From the NCBI GenBank assembly GCA_964200185.2, contig CAXNAD020000024.1:1-44867 (forward strand): DNA of 44,867 bases. Reading direction: 5' to 3'. Under the pieces are notes generated by a model that was not told where the DNA came from, made no database searches, and saw only the letters and a list, made by a program, of their open reading frames with translations. The first letter of the stretch is position 1. Every line of letters begins with the position of its first letter. The position numbers and the translations under genes are program-made. This document shows, in pieces, positions 12,638 through 24,900 of this stretch. Origin of the DNA: Choristocarpus tenellus KU-1152 (Eukaryota; Protista; Phaeophyceae).

Positions 12638-12844
12638 AGAAGAGCTGCAACAGACTTCGCTCCAGCTAGTAGGGTGGTAGATGGTGTTGCGTAGTTTGGT
12701 CAAAGCTGAAACTCCAGCTATGTTACCTCAACTATTTCCCCTTTCTTCTGGAAGTGTCATCTTGTTAGAAATAATATGTCTGTGGATCACTATCAAGTGT
12801 CACAGCTACCACCCCAGATGGAGCGAAGTCTGCTCCAGCTTTCT
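12638..12844. repeat. About 207-bp MITE-like foldback with imperfect inverted arms of about 45 bp
   Basis: A perfect 14-bp core, CAGACTTCGCTCCA (12651-12664) and TGGAGCGAAGTCTG (12819-12832), extends imperfectly on both sides (GGGTGGTAG / CTACCACCC). Confidence 0.7.
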
Positions 12845-13637
12845 CGTCTCTTGTGACCGAGACCTCCATGTTAGAAAATGCTCTGCAAGCTTACCATGAT
12901 GGGATATATATGCAGCTCCAATCCATAAGAATGCATGCGGACCATGAAGGTTGTACAAGACTCCATGATGCACATACATGTGGTCAAGTATCCTGGATCT
13001 CCCACTTCAATTATTGACTTGGTAAGTATCATCATCAGGGTGTAAGAGGAACTGGCAACGCTGTACCACCTGAATGGGGCGTGATAATGGCTAAATAAAT
13101 AGTCAAGAAGTACAAATATATTTAATCTAGGACTTCAGGTCATGATGGCCTTTATGAAACTGACATCAAGACAATACCGCCTGTAACACTCCATCTCATC
13201 AATCCACAAGGCTGGCTTTCCAACTGTGGTGCGTTCAATGCTGTCGTATGAGATAGGAAGAGTCATCTGCAGTACAGTTGTGATTCATTGCCTACTCTTA
13301 TAACTCTTCACTCCTGACGGATGACCTAGGTCCGATTTCGGTCAGCACAAGGCCGACTGGGGGCCGAGTCTTATGCACCAACACCTGGATGGCAGGATTA
13401 TGCTCATCTGTCAACTATAGTACCATCCGTAGTACTACTAGCTTAACTGCCCTGGAGTCCTTTGCAGTCATTTCGACCCCTAACAATAGGAACTAGTAGA
13501 ACCCCTTCTCGATATTCAGACATGAATATGACAGAGTGACAACAATGGTCCAACATATTGTTTTGAAGGAAATAGCCTGCCTGATGCAGCAGCAGTAGTA
13601 GAAGTGAACAATACTAAGATGACGTAATACTTCACAG

Positions 13638-13668
13638 TATTATTATTATTATTATTAGTAGTAGTAGT
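13638..13668. repeat. Compound (TAT)n(TAG)n microsatellite
   Basis: tattattattattattattagtagtagtagt. Confidence 0.85.
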
Positions 13669-15414
13669 GTGGAAGTGTCAAGGCTCAAAAGCTCTCTGCA
13701 AAAGGGGGCAATCACAATCACCAGACTGAGACCGAGTTTCACAGTTTCACAAGTGTTGGCTCAGGATCCCAATGTCAGCTGGAGAAATTAATAACAGAAT
13801 CGAAACCTTAGTAGACAACACATGTCACAGAATGACTGAGCAACGTCACAGCACGAAAATGGATCAGTCAGAATAGGATTGGATCTTCGTTCTGGCAGTC
13901 CTTCTGACTGTTTGATCAAAGCTGGATCTTATGGTGTGTCTGGTTTTGTGGACTGGTTGATATGAGTAAGTTCAACTACATGGTTGGCGTGCGAGAATGT
14001 ATACGGCTGCGCGCCATATCCACAAAATGGACCCGTCCCTGACTGACAGTAGTAGTAGTGGTGGTGATAGTAGTGGTATTAGTATGTAAAAATGGGACAA
14101 CAGAAGTAGTACTCCAGAGTAGTTTGTAGTACCTATGACCGTGTTCGGGAATATCACTCAATAAATTGTGATTTGCGGTGTATATGCAGGTACAATAAAC
14201 AGACAAGAAGGAAAAATTGGCGTTTGAACCTGTTGATGACCAAAGGATTTGAGATTTTTTGACAACTAAGTCCCAACATATTCAACGTATTCTACAATGT
14301 CCCATCATATTGTTAGTATGACAAAGTACCCAAACCTTTCACGTACTGCTGGTTCAGTTTAAACCCACTACATCCCACTTTGATATCATATATCACATAC
14401 CACAGATTACAAGTATTGCGGTAGTGGGATGCTGCTTGTTGGACAAGGTGATCCTGGTCAGTTAGGTGTACCGAATCGGTTGTACTTTACTGATGACCAT
14501 CGCAACATTGCACGTCCAACCTTGTGCCTCTAGATGTATGTCGGATTGTTCTATGTCCTGAGAAAGTATGTAGTTATGGTTGACATGGGAGTGTTATGGT
14601 AGGAGTTCACATACTAGGTGTGTGTTGAACCATACTCTTCGTGATTTTGCGAGGCCTGTGCGCTGATGGGTTCGGGGATACGGGAGGAGATATCATGACT
14701 ATTTCGCTCCTTTCATGACCCAGTTCAAGGTATCTTGTCTTGTAAAAGGGAGGTACCACACTCTATGGGACACACATGAGGATCTAATTGTATATCGAAT
14801 TTTCGTATTGAGGCTATCCTCCTCCCTGGGATATTTTCTTAGGGATCTTCGGGTTGAAGATGAAGGGGGGTTCAACGGAATGAAATGGATTCAAAGCATG
14901 GCTTCATTTGCAGGATATTTGTTCAAGAGTGTATGTGTTGTGCAAGGGAGATTTTGACGTTGGTCGGGGTTGCTCCGGGGAGGATTATGTTGCTCCGCCT
15001 CAAGGGTGTGCGTGTGAGAAACTACTGCTAACATGAGCCCCCTCTCCTTCTGCCTGCGCTGCAGGGGGCTGACGCGAACGACAACGACTAGTAGACTCTA
15101 CTGACTTTGGTTCCAAAGTGCGTTGGAGTGACAATGTGCAACTGGTAAGTGTCCATCGTGCGCTTGACAATATCTGGTAGGTGACCCTTGCAATTATGCT
15201 GTGTGTGAACATTAGATACAAATTGATAAATTTGTGGTATGATAGGTGGATGGTCTAATTTCATTTCATCTTTGAAAGTAGTATGTATATACTTAATTTG
15301 AATTGATGACGCTAACGTATCTTTAGGTAGTGGCATTATTGGGGTTAGAAAATATTCAAGTCTTTGGGCGACTGATCATCCTTCACAGCTAGAAGAAACT
15401 GGTATATTTTAAAA

Positions 15415-15569
15415 ATGCAGTTGGCTACTCAAATAACCTTGCTGGGTAGTAAGTGCTAAACACACTTTAGACTACAAGGCACAAAAAAAGTTTTTTATGC
15501 ATTTGGATACTCAAATAACTTTGCTGGGTAGTGGGTGTCAAGCACACTTTGGTCTATCAAAGCCACAAA
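15415..15569. repeat. Diverged tandem duplication with an 82-bp period
   Basis: ATGCAGTTGGCTACTCAAATAACCTTGCTGGGTAGT...CACACTTT at 15415 and ATGCATTTGGATACTCAAATAACTTTGCTGGGTAGT...CACACTTT at 15497. Confidence 0.85.
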
Positions 15570-16804
15570 TCGTGTTCCTTCTCCTGGAACGTAAGAAAAG
15601 ACAATGTTTGAGTAGGAGCTTGAGTGGAGTGCACCAGGACAAAATTTTCATTTATGAATAGACCATATTTGTATTAGTTAGTGGTCATGTTGTGTACCAC
15701 TAAGAAAGGCATGTTCTATTTGGGAACTTCTGCTGGCAATGCGTAAACAATCCCTCAGTGATTCGTCTATACCAAACAAATGTGCTGAAATTTGATTGAT
15801 GATATCATGAGTACATGCTGTTTTACCTAGGAGAGGACATGCATAACTTGATTGATTGAATGCGATATGCTCGAGCAATTGGTGATAGCAGGTTATCCAT
15901 GTATGATCGCCATAAATATTTTTACCATAGAGGCCACCATCATGTAATCAGCTGTTTTATTTTCAGTTTTGTTTTGTTATGTTATTGATTATATTTGGGA
16001 CTTGAATAATAACAGAACCTTGTATTCATGTAATCCATTCAAGTTCATCTTGTAGGATTATAGTTACTCTGTTCAAATCAGTATAATGGTGGCGTACACT
16101 TTTGGGGGAGGATGATGAACCTTGTACCACATTTAGGATGTGACTTGAAGTGCAGATCTGTGTTGCTGATGCTTTAGTGTTGTCATAGTGTCATATTTTA
16201 TTGCCAGGGCAAAAAATAGACCCAAACAGACCTAGAATTAGTTCAATCTTCCTCAGTTTGTTTTGATGAGATCTTGGATTGTGGGACACTCCTGACTGCT
16301 CATTTATTGGCAGCATGACCTGCTTGATTTATTAATAGCAACTGAACTCATCCTCTGAACCAACTCCAGCCTTACGCTCAAAACGGAGGTTGGGATGGAT
16401 GTCCCCAACCTGACCTCAGTGCGAAACTGATGCTTTGTTGTGTGGTTAATGCTTGAAAGGACTAGGTATATATATGAGAATGAGGCAGAGGTTGAGGGGT
16501 AATTTTTGGTGTGAGATGTTTGTTGTCACTTTGAGGTCTAAGAAGCTTCACTAAGAGTTTCTCCCTTGCCTCGAAAGTCATAGCAGTGAGTCAGATCATA
16601 TCATTATATAGAAGCCTCAGCAAGCACTCGGACAATAACGGATGATCTACTTCCCAAGTTTGACTTATGAGCAGGACTACAAACGTAGAGGATGCAAAGA
16701 TAGGAGTAGGACAACCGCTAGCCCATTTGATATAATTATTTTCTTAATCTGGATGAGCAGATACGTATTTGTAACTCCTCTGTAAGAGATTCGTGATAAG
16801 ATTT

Positions 16805-19800
16805 ATGTCAGTGTCTGTGCTGCGTTATTTAACTCACAACCTTGAACTTTCATATACCCAGAGTGCTGATGCTGCTGCTAAAATGGGTATACAGTGATTG
16901 GATCTGTTTCGCTGGTTTTCTATTTTCATAATAAAATTCTAACTTTTGTGTATACTATTCTTGCAACAGATCAAGTCAAACCTAGTAATATCAACAAAGA
17001 GGAAAATGACAGATACATATTACTAGTTTTGTGCATGCTTTGCAATATTTCAGACTCCCTAATCACATATTTGACTGGTGAAAATATGTGGTAAAATATT
17101 ACAATATTATTGAACAGCAAAAGGATCGTTTGGATTAGATGTATATATATACAATGTCCTCAAGTTGGTGAACTCAAAAATAAGAAATGGTTTTCATGGT
17201 GACCTGTGCAGAGGAGTCTTTCTCAAACTCAAAGGTTGGCCTACAATAGTCCAATGTTTGGTCTGAAATGAACCATTTCTTGTTTATGCCATTTAGTTTG
17301 TTCTAAATGTTGTGCAGAAACAACTTACAATTTGTACTGCATAGTATTTGCTATTTCTTTGTGTCATGGCAAAGTTAGATTGTACAGGATTGATTCTGAG
17401 ATTTGTGCATATGCAGTGTGACACTCAGTACTGAAGGTTACTGTGCTGGATATGAATTTTGGGTGGGTCAGACCTTATTCTGCTTCAGTCTGCCTACATA
17501 TAGACTGTGGTGCAGAATGAGGGTTTCGTATTGTCACAGATACATTCCTTTCTTGTGGAGCATATGTACATGCTCTGTACATGCCATGTGAAATATTTTG
17601 CTAGGGAGCATCTTCCTCATCAATGGTGTTTCAATTGTGAAAAGGCATTATTATGTTCATTAGAAGTCTGATTAAATGCAAGCTCATGGTATTATAAAAT
17701 ATATATCATACTGACTTTAACACTATGATGGCTTGAAAATGTTGCATTGGAAAAGTATATATTGGAAGTATACCCTGTTAGTGTTACAGTAGATTGGAGT
17801 TTAGGACAAAGAGACTAATGACAATTACACTTAATGTTTGGGTCAAATATGATAACGTTTAGTTGGTCCATCTGATGTGGCTGTGGGTCGAGTTGAGGGC
17901 AGTTATCACCAAGGATATCCACAGTGCGGACTGCATTTTTTCTTCTCGGACACACCTCTGAATGTGCATACAGCCTTAGCTGGCTTGAGTAAAGTATTTT
18001 CGATACAGCCTGTATCTTGCAGCAAGAAGGAAACATCTCACTGAAAAAAATTGAGTTCAAGGAACTATTTTTGAGGGTAACTTCAACTTTTCATATTTCT
18101 GAAAAACCTTGCCCGTGGCCACCTGGAGATATTTGTACTTGTATGAGATTTGTCGCGTGATTTTCAAGTTTGAAGATATGTAAATATATTTTTTTGTCAT
18201 GGCATTTTTCGTGTTTTGGACAAGGTTTAATGGGCAACGCTACCAATAGCATGGTACTGTTTGACACAATCATTTGTTAAATAACCCATGAAATCTGTTG
18301 TTAGGACAAGTCTTGTTAGAAGGACATCAGGGGTCATTGACTATGTTACTTCCCTTGTCAGGACAACACTTAGCATGCATTTTATATGTAATCTGCACTG
18401 TCTGTAGTTGTCACATCCTGGGCCAGTTCCCTTGCAACATATGTCCAGGACAAGTCTCAGTGCCAACTTCACTGTGATAACTGTTTCTATTTTATATATG
18501 GGAATTTTTTGGGTGCATGACTGTGTGGAAAGATGTATGGACAGCTTTGCCCCATTCCGCCACACTCATTTTCATGCATCTGTTTTTCTAGGTGGTTTCT
18601 TGGCTTTTGTCCCAGCATCAAGGGGCCTTTTCTATGTCTTTGACTGTTAAAGATACCAGGATAAGGATGCACCTTACTTGAAGATTTTTTTTAATTTTGC
18701 CCACAGAAGAAAAAAAAAGCAGAGCTGTGGAGGTGGCTGTTTATTTGAAAAGATATTTTGTCAATAATCAGCTCTGGAATGACTCAAACTGGACTGGGTA
18801 ACTGCAATGGGGCTTGACTGTAGGCTGACCCAGCAAACTATTTTCTGAAAGGGCTGGTCCTGGGCCTTCAAGATTTTAACAGGGTCCGGCCAGGACTTGA
18901 ATGAGTTCAATGATGTTGGGCTGTGCATTGGTCCAGTCAAGTTTACTATTATACCACACTTTTTGGCAGGGGTGAGTAAAGTCTCAGGTTGGTTGGATCA
19001 GGCTGGGCGGTTTGCACACTAATTACAACTTATTATTTTTGATTTTAATGGATGAATTTGAAACTTTGAAAGATGATTTACACATGAAATATCTTGGCCA
19101 CAATTCCAGCCAGCTGGAATGTGTGAAAAGTGAAAAGCTTACTACTAATAATATTATTGTATTACTATTAATACATGAACATATATTTTGTCTTTGGATT
19201 GGGGCAGGTTGCACAGGGGTCACACCACATTCAGCTATCCGTGCCTTAAAATACTAGAATTATCTATGCTACATCTTGGTTTGAATTGTGGTGTAGTATG
19301 TAGTGTTTTGTATGTGTATTTTGTAGTGATGATATTCTTTGAAATTTTATACATTAAATTAGAAGAGAATGTTCAACAAACCATTTTTCAATGGGATAAG
19401 CCCGGTAGATGTGGTCTTAATAACAGGACCATTTGGTTTAATATACATACACACACCTATTGGTGCTGGGACTAAGACAACTTCAACGAGATTGGTGTTG
19501 AATGTCCCAGATCATTTGTGTTTCAAAAAAGCTGGACTGTGGACTGACCCAATTAACTTTCTGGTATAAAGCCATGGTTAAGTTCAGAAAAGAAAATTGT
19601 AATTTTTATTGTATACTTTTGAACCAGATTCAGGTGCATTGCTATGACACCAGGATAGTCAGGTGTGTGGGGATGGCATCTACATACTACCATAATATCT
19701 AATGTCCTATGTTGTAGACACCTCCCTTGGTTGTTATCATGATGGTTAGACAAAAGGGTATCAGAGGGCTGAGGCAAGTACCAACAGAAAGACAGGATGG

Positions 19801-21604
19801 CAACATGTGTGTGTGTGCCACCAATGGGTGAGGCTGTACCACAACATGTATTGCACTGGATATGTTACACTAAATGGAAGGGCTTGTAGACTGGACTTTA
19901 GCTTTTTAGGTTAACTGCCAATGAACATGTATTTGGTACACCCCTCACTGTATCCCAGATATTACACCCTAATCTTAGTCGTATTATATTATGCCCTTTG
20001 CCCAAGACAACACTTGAAGCTGATTTGTTTGTATCATCTATTGTCAGGAAAGTGATACAAGCTGTTTGGTGTCAACATTCCACATAATGGACAAATTGAT
20101 AGCCGTTCCTGTGATATATCTGAGTTGTGCATGTTTGGGCACACATCCTCACAAATATAGAAATTTAGAGGTATCTCTTTCATTTTGGGGTCTCAAACAT
20201 TTTCACCCGTTCATATTGCTGAGAGTGATGTTGGACAAATCTTCTAACAACCTGATGAGATGTTGATGAATCAACACACTGTCATTTGCACAACTTGTGT
20301 TCACAAAGCACAAATCAATGTGGAGGGATTCAAATTCATATACTTGTACCAGGGAAGCATTTTTATATGTTTCACAGATAGGGGAGTAGTACAGACAAGT
20401 ATTTGTATATATTTCACATTTCTCTTACTCACAAATATTTGTGCATGTTTTTGCTGAGGGAGTGTACTGATATGATAGCACTGACCACTGATATAAAGAT
20501 TATATTAACTTGAAAAGCTAAGGTTGACCCTCAGAGGATTGAGCCTGGGGACATGATATGCACGAGATTTCATGTCACCCAGTACAATACCGGGGCTTCC
20601 ACAATGTACCCATTTTGGATGGAGAGTGATATTATTCATTGTCTCATAGGACAAGGGAACCAAGTACTGAATGTAATTGCAGTAGTAGTAACCTAAGATT
20701 CGTACACAGCTGTTTGCAATAAATCACAGAAGTTTTCTGCACAATTGTTTTCTAGTAAATCACAGCTCAAGACTTGTCCACCGATCTTTCCTGTTAAATC
20801 ATAACATAAGACTTGCATATGAAGATGAGCTAGGACAGATCAGTGATACAAAATGTTCTTATCTTGATGCATAGGGGCAGATATATCATTCCTACATGTT
20901 GATATAATTGGGATCTATATATATATATATATTTATATACAGATCATGTGTACATGCTAACCAACAATGTTATTTCAACAAATTGGGATTTGTAGATCAT
21001 CCCTCAACATTGGGTTGTACTCAGTATGAAGTGCATGGTATGCGCTACATTATCCCTGAGTAGAAATTAATTTACATCTTCACCACTCCTTAAACCTTCA
21101 CATACAACATTTGTACATATTTATTGCCTTCTGATTTTAAACCACAAATGGGTTCAACCATGATTTGTTCAACATGTAGAACATTAGTTGTTCAGTTTAA
21201 CACCCTTGGTCATACACTATAATATACGTTTAACTCTGAAACTATTGTGGGCACATTTGAGATTAATCTTCATTGTCAAGAGAATGGTTGAGCTCATTCG
21301 CTGCATGACATCTCTTGTCAAGAAAACCCTCATGGCTATTTTATCTTCAATGTTTGCTGCCCTCACAAAGCTTTCTTGTATAGAATGATAAAGTTTTACA
21401 ACTTGTGCGTTTTGCCAATGGAAATTTTGACTTGTGGCATTTAAGAAAGGTGCAAGTACATTTTGTTTCTAGATGTGAAGATGATGTGACCTTCTCAATT
21501 TGGTTTGCAGGTCGAAAATTGCATTAGAAACTTTGAGTTGGGTGTGTGCATTCCTTCACAGCTGGGAAGCTTGTATCAGGATACATCAAATGAACAGACC
21601 ATAG
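16805..21604 (+). CDS. Tentative exon chain upstream of TlyA (uncharacterised, weak ATG10-like resemblance)
   Basis: Open segments bounded by AG/GT: 16805-16886 (MSVSVLRYLTHNLELSYTQSADAAAKM), 17212-17234, from 17504 (TVVQNEGFVLSQIHSFLVEH), 20048-20170 (ESDTSCLVSTFHIMDKLIAVPVIYLSCACLGTHPHKYRNLE), 20996-21037 and 21511-21604. The middle of the chain is unresolved. Confidence 0.3.
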
Positions 21605-21901
21605 GTTAGAAGGTTGAAAATTGTCAACAAAATTCAATTTCATGGATAAAGTGCCTGTTCTCTTTCGAATATTATGGATAAGGTGATAATTGTACTGTAC
21701 AATTGTTTACTTTTATCGTGTTATTCAATGTACAAGAGGGTAATGCACACTAACTTTATTGTTCCTCTTCCATCTTCATCTGGAGAACTTGAAGACTCAA
21801 CAAGCACTCCAATGTCCAAGTCCCTCTAAAATATAGTTCTGGTTACATGTTGTGTATTCAAAGAGCTTATCTTCTCTACATGCTGCCACAATATTTTGGA
21901 C

Positions 21902-24900
21902 ATGCACAGGTTAACAATGGTTAGTAATGGTGCTACTTGGCTATTATTGCTCTCTGGCTTCATCAATCTCACAGGTACTGATGGATTTCTCACACCAGTA
22001 TTGAAACAGCAATTTTCATGTTTGTTGAACACACATGATATTGTGGAGGATGGGAAACATGGAGATAGACTGTCAAAGGTAACAAAGGTCAAGACCTCTC
22101 GTATTGACACACTTCTTGTTGCAAGAGGGATTGCATCTGATCTGAAGCATGCAGCGGCACTGATCATGGCTGGTGATGTATTCATTAGGTAAGTGGCTGG
22201 TTTCCTCTTAAGTTTCTTATCCATATTTGTGCAGCACAGCTGTTAGAAAAGACATTCTGTGACCAATTGATCTTGACACGTCCTTTACTTTTGTTGTTGT
22301 AATGTTGCTGATTCATGTTGTGTCTCTTATTTTGATCTCCTATTCCTCCTAACAAGGAATGATGGCAAAATCACCTCCCCTGCAGTCAAGGTTAAAGAAA
22401 ATACTGTTCTTCATATCAGACAGAGGAAGGACCACCCTTGGGCATCACGAGGTGGCATCAAGCTTAACCATGCTCTTAATCATTTTAACATTGTTCCAAG
22501 AGTAAGGTAAGACAAGGGAAAAATGATTTGTGTGGAGAAACGGTGCTTACTGAATTGAAATACGCTTTATTATGTAGAATACCTGGGAAAAGGTGTGAAA
22601 TCGTTTTTTAACTCTTTTTTTAAATTGTAGATTATGTTTCTGTGATTTAATCGTTGTTGATATTGGACAAGGGTGAAGAACAAGGGAGGAGGTATCTTGC
22701 TATTGGTGATAGAACTCATTGCAACTGGAAAGTTTTCATGAGATAGTCTATCTCCCAATTCCGTGCTTTTGTGCTCTGGTCTTGCTTGTCGTAAGTGTAA
22801 CTCATGACCAACTTTGATCATGGCAAAGCTCTCTAAAACTGCCTTTGGAGTTGGGCTTGTGATTTGGAACAAAGTTGAATTTTTCTGTATTTCTGATAGG
22901 CATTGGTTTGTGTCGGACATAATGGGCAGTCAGACCCTTCTATCTGTGTGTGCTATGTATATATATATAAGGCATCCATTTCACTTCTGCTTTTGACATG
23001 CCTCTCTTGTTATTATAAATAGTTTGATTGGGACATCCTTGGACAAACCCCACTCAATTCATGACTAAATGTGCAAGCAAGCCACATCTATTTTTATCCC
23101 AACAACTTATGTCTTGAATGTAGATGAATGTAAATCCTGAAGAGACATACATATGTTTCAAAGATTGGCAAGTCGGCACTGCTTCCATGTTTCACAAGTA
23201 ATTTCACTTGAATGTTGAAAAAGCATGGGGCATTTTGAAGACTTTTTTATGTTGTGGACTAGGGTTCAAGAAAGGCTTACTAACAAGTGTGTGCTGAAGT
23301 TGTAGGATCAAAATTTGCTCAGGTCCTGTTAGCTTTTCCAAGAGACCACATCACTATCTCCAACCTGGTTAACTAGTTATCTTATGTTGATAATCTGAGA
23401 CCCCATTCGGATGACAGTTGCTTGGTCAGCACAAACTTGGAATGACTGCATATTCTTGATGTCTTACTGGTGACTTTATTCATTTCATTTATCCATTAAT
23501 TTTAACAAGAAATTTAAAGCTTTCGCAGAAGTCAAAGGGTTTCCCGAAAAACACCAATGGGAGTGTCTCAGTGGTGCCTACCACTCCCTACTGTGAGTGT
23601 CATATGCCCAGCAAATGTGCTTGTGTCATCTTGTATCACCAACCTGCGTTCATCCTTGTGAACTCATGTACCTGCCAAGTAGAGATATGGGTGTAGGTTG
23701 GGAGGCTCACTCAGTTGTATTGGTCATACCATAATCAACTTAGTGTTGAGAATTAACCCTACAATGAATATTAAGGACTGGGAAAATTTCGGGCTCCACT
23801 AAATGGTCTACAAACTGGGTGATGATAGTGTATGATATTCAGGGGTTACCACAAACCTAAGTTGTAGAGGAGTAACTGGTTCTTACGTGACCACGAACCT
23901 ATATTGTGTGAACAAGCCCTCCAATTCATATGAGACCATTGAAAACACACTGGAGTGACACAGTTTGTGGGCGGAAGGTTCAGATAAGGTTAAGGGATGT
24001 GTGTACAAGAGATATGTTTGTTTGTTTTTGAAGTGGTAATTTCGTTATCAGTGTAGAGTCTTTAGATACAAGGGATTCCAAAGTCTTGGGTTCATGAAGT
24101 TCTAGTGTTGAGATTCTCAAGGCCAGGAAAAATCTAGGGGTTTACACCAAATGGACCAATCAAGTGACAGCAAATTGATCAAGGCATCATCCCCTGTCTG
24201 TAAGGAAGGTTTGCCACAGGCTTAAGGTTCTGGGTTCCTGGGTTTGAACAATCTCCCATCACTCCATCAGCAACAATAGCCACAACAAGCTTGACCTAAA
24301 TTTTCCCTACCTTAAAGATCTTCTCAAACCTTAGAAGTGTGAGTGTTCAAGAAGTATTATTAGCAAGTGACGGCATCTGTGGTGCTATCTGGGGAAAAGC
24401 ATTGACCAAAGTTAAGATCCAGACTGGCCGTCACCCAACCAGCAACATTGTCACCAAGCTCTAAAGTGGTTTGATACAGTAGGGCAGGGAGATGTAGCTG
24501 AGGTATGGATGCTGGACATTGGGATGAGCTATCAAAAGTGGAGGGTGTAGATCAGGTAGAACCAGGACCTTATCCACTGTGTTACAAAATACCGCACTGT
24601 GTTGTGGAGTCCCTTGGATCTGCTTGTGCATCTACAATAATGAGCTACAATGGTTCTTATCTCCCTATACCTCTAAGACTTCCTCATCAGGGAAGGTCTC
24701 CCCACTATCACGTACGAGGTTAGGTCTAGTCACTCTGTTGATTGTTGCACATAACCTGGTACTGGTGAAGATGTCCCCCGCTTGTGCTTCCGTTGCTGTC
24801 TCCCTTCCACTTAATTAGAACTGCAGAGAAACACAAATTCTCTTATGAAGGGATATGATCCCAGGACTTTGCTTTTGGAGGCCCAAGTACATTTCCACTG

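Noticed and set aside
16270-16360. A*FINSN*THP recalling the SET-domain ARFINHS motif
   Set aside because: It needs two stop-to-Arg corrections, and no other SET motif is visible.
21511-21604. IRNFELGV resembles the TDP1 C-terminal motif
   Set aside because: I found no HxK motifs or other TDP1 exons nearby, and the match is only 8 residues.
21826-22224. 132-aa minus-strand ORF
   Set aside because: It is the antisense shadow of the TlyA S4-domain exon.
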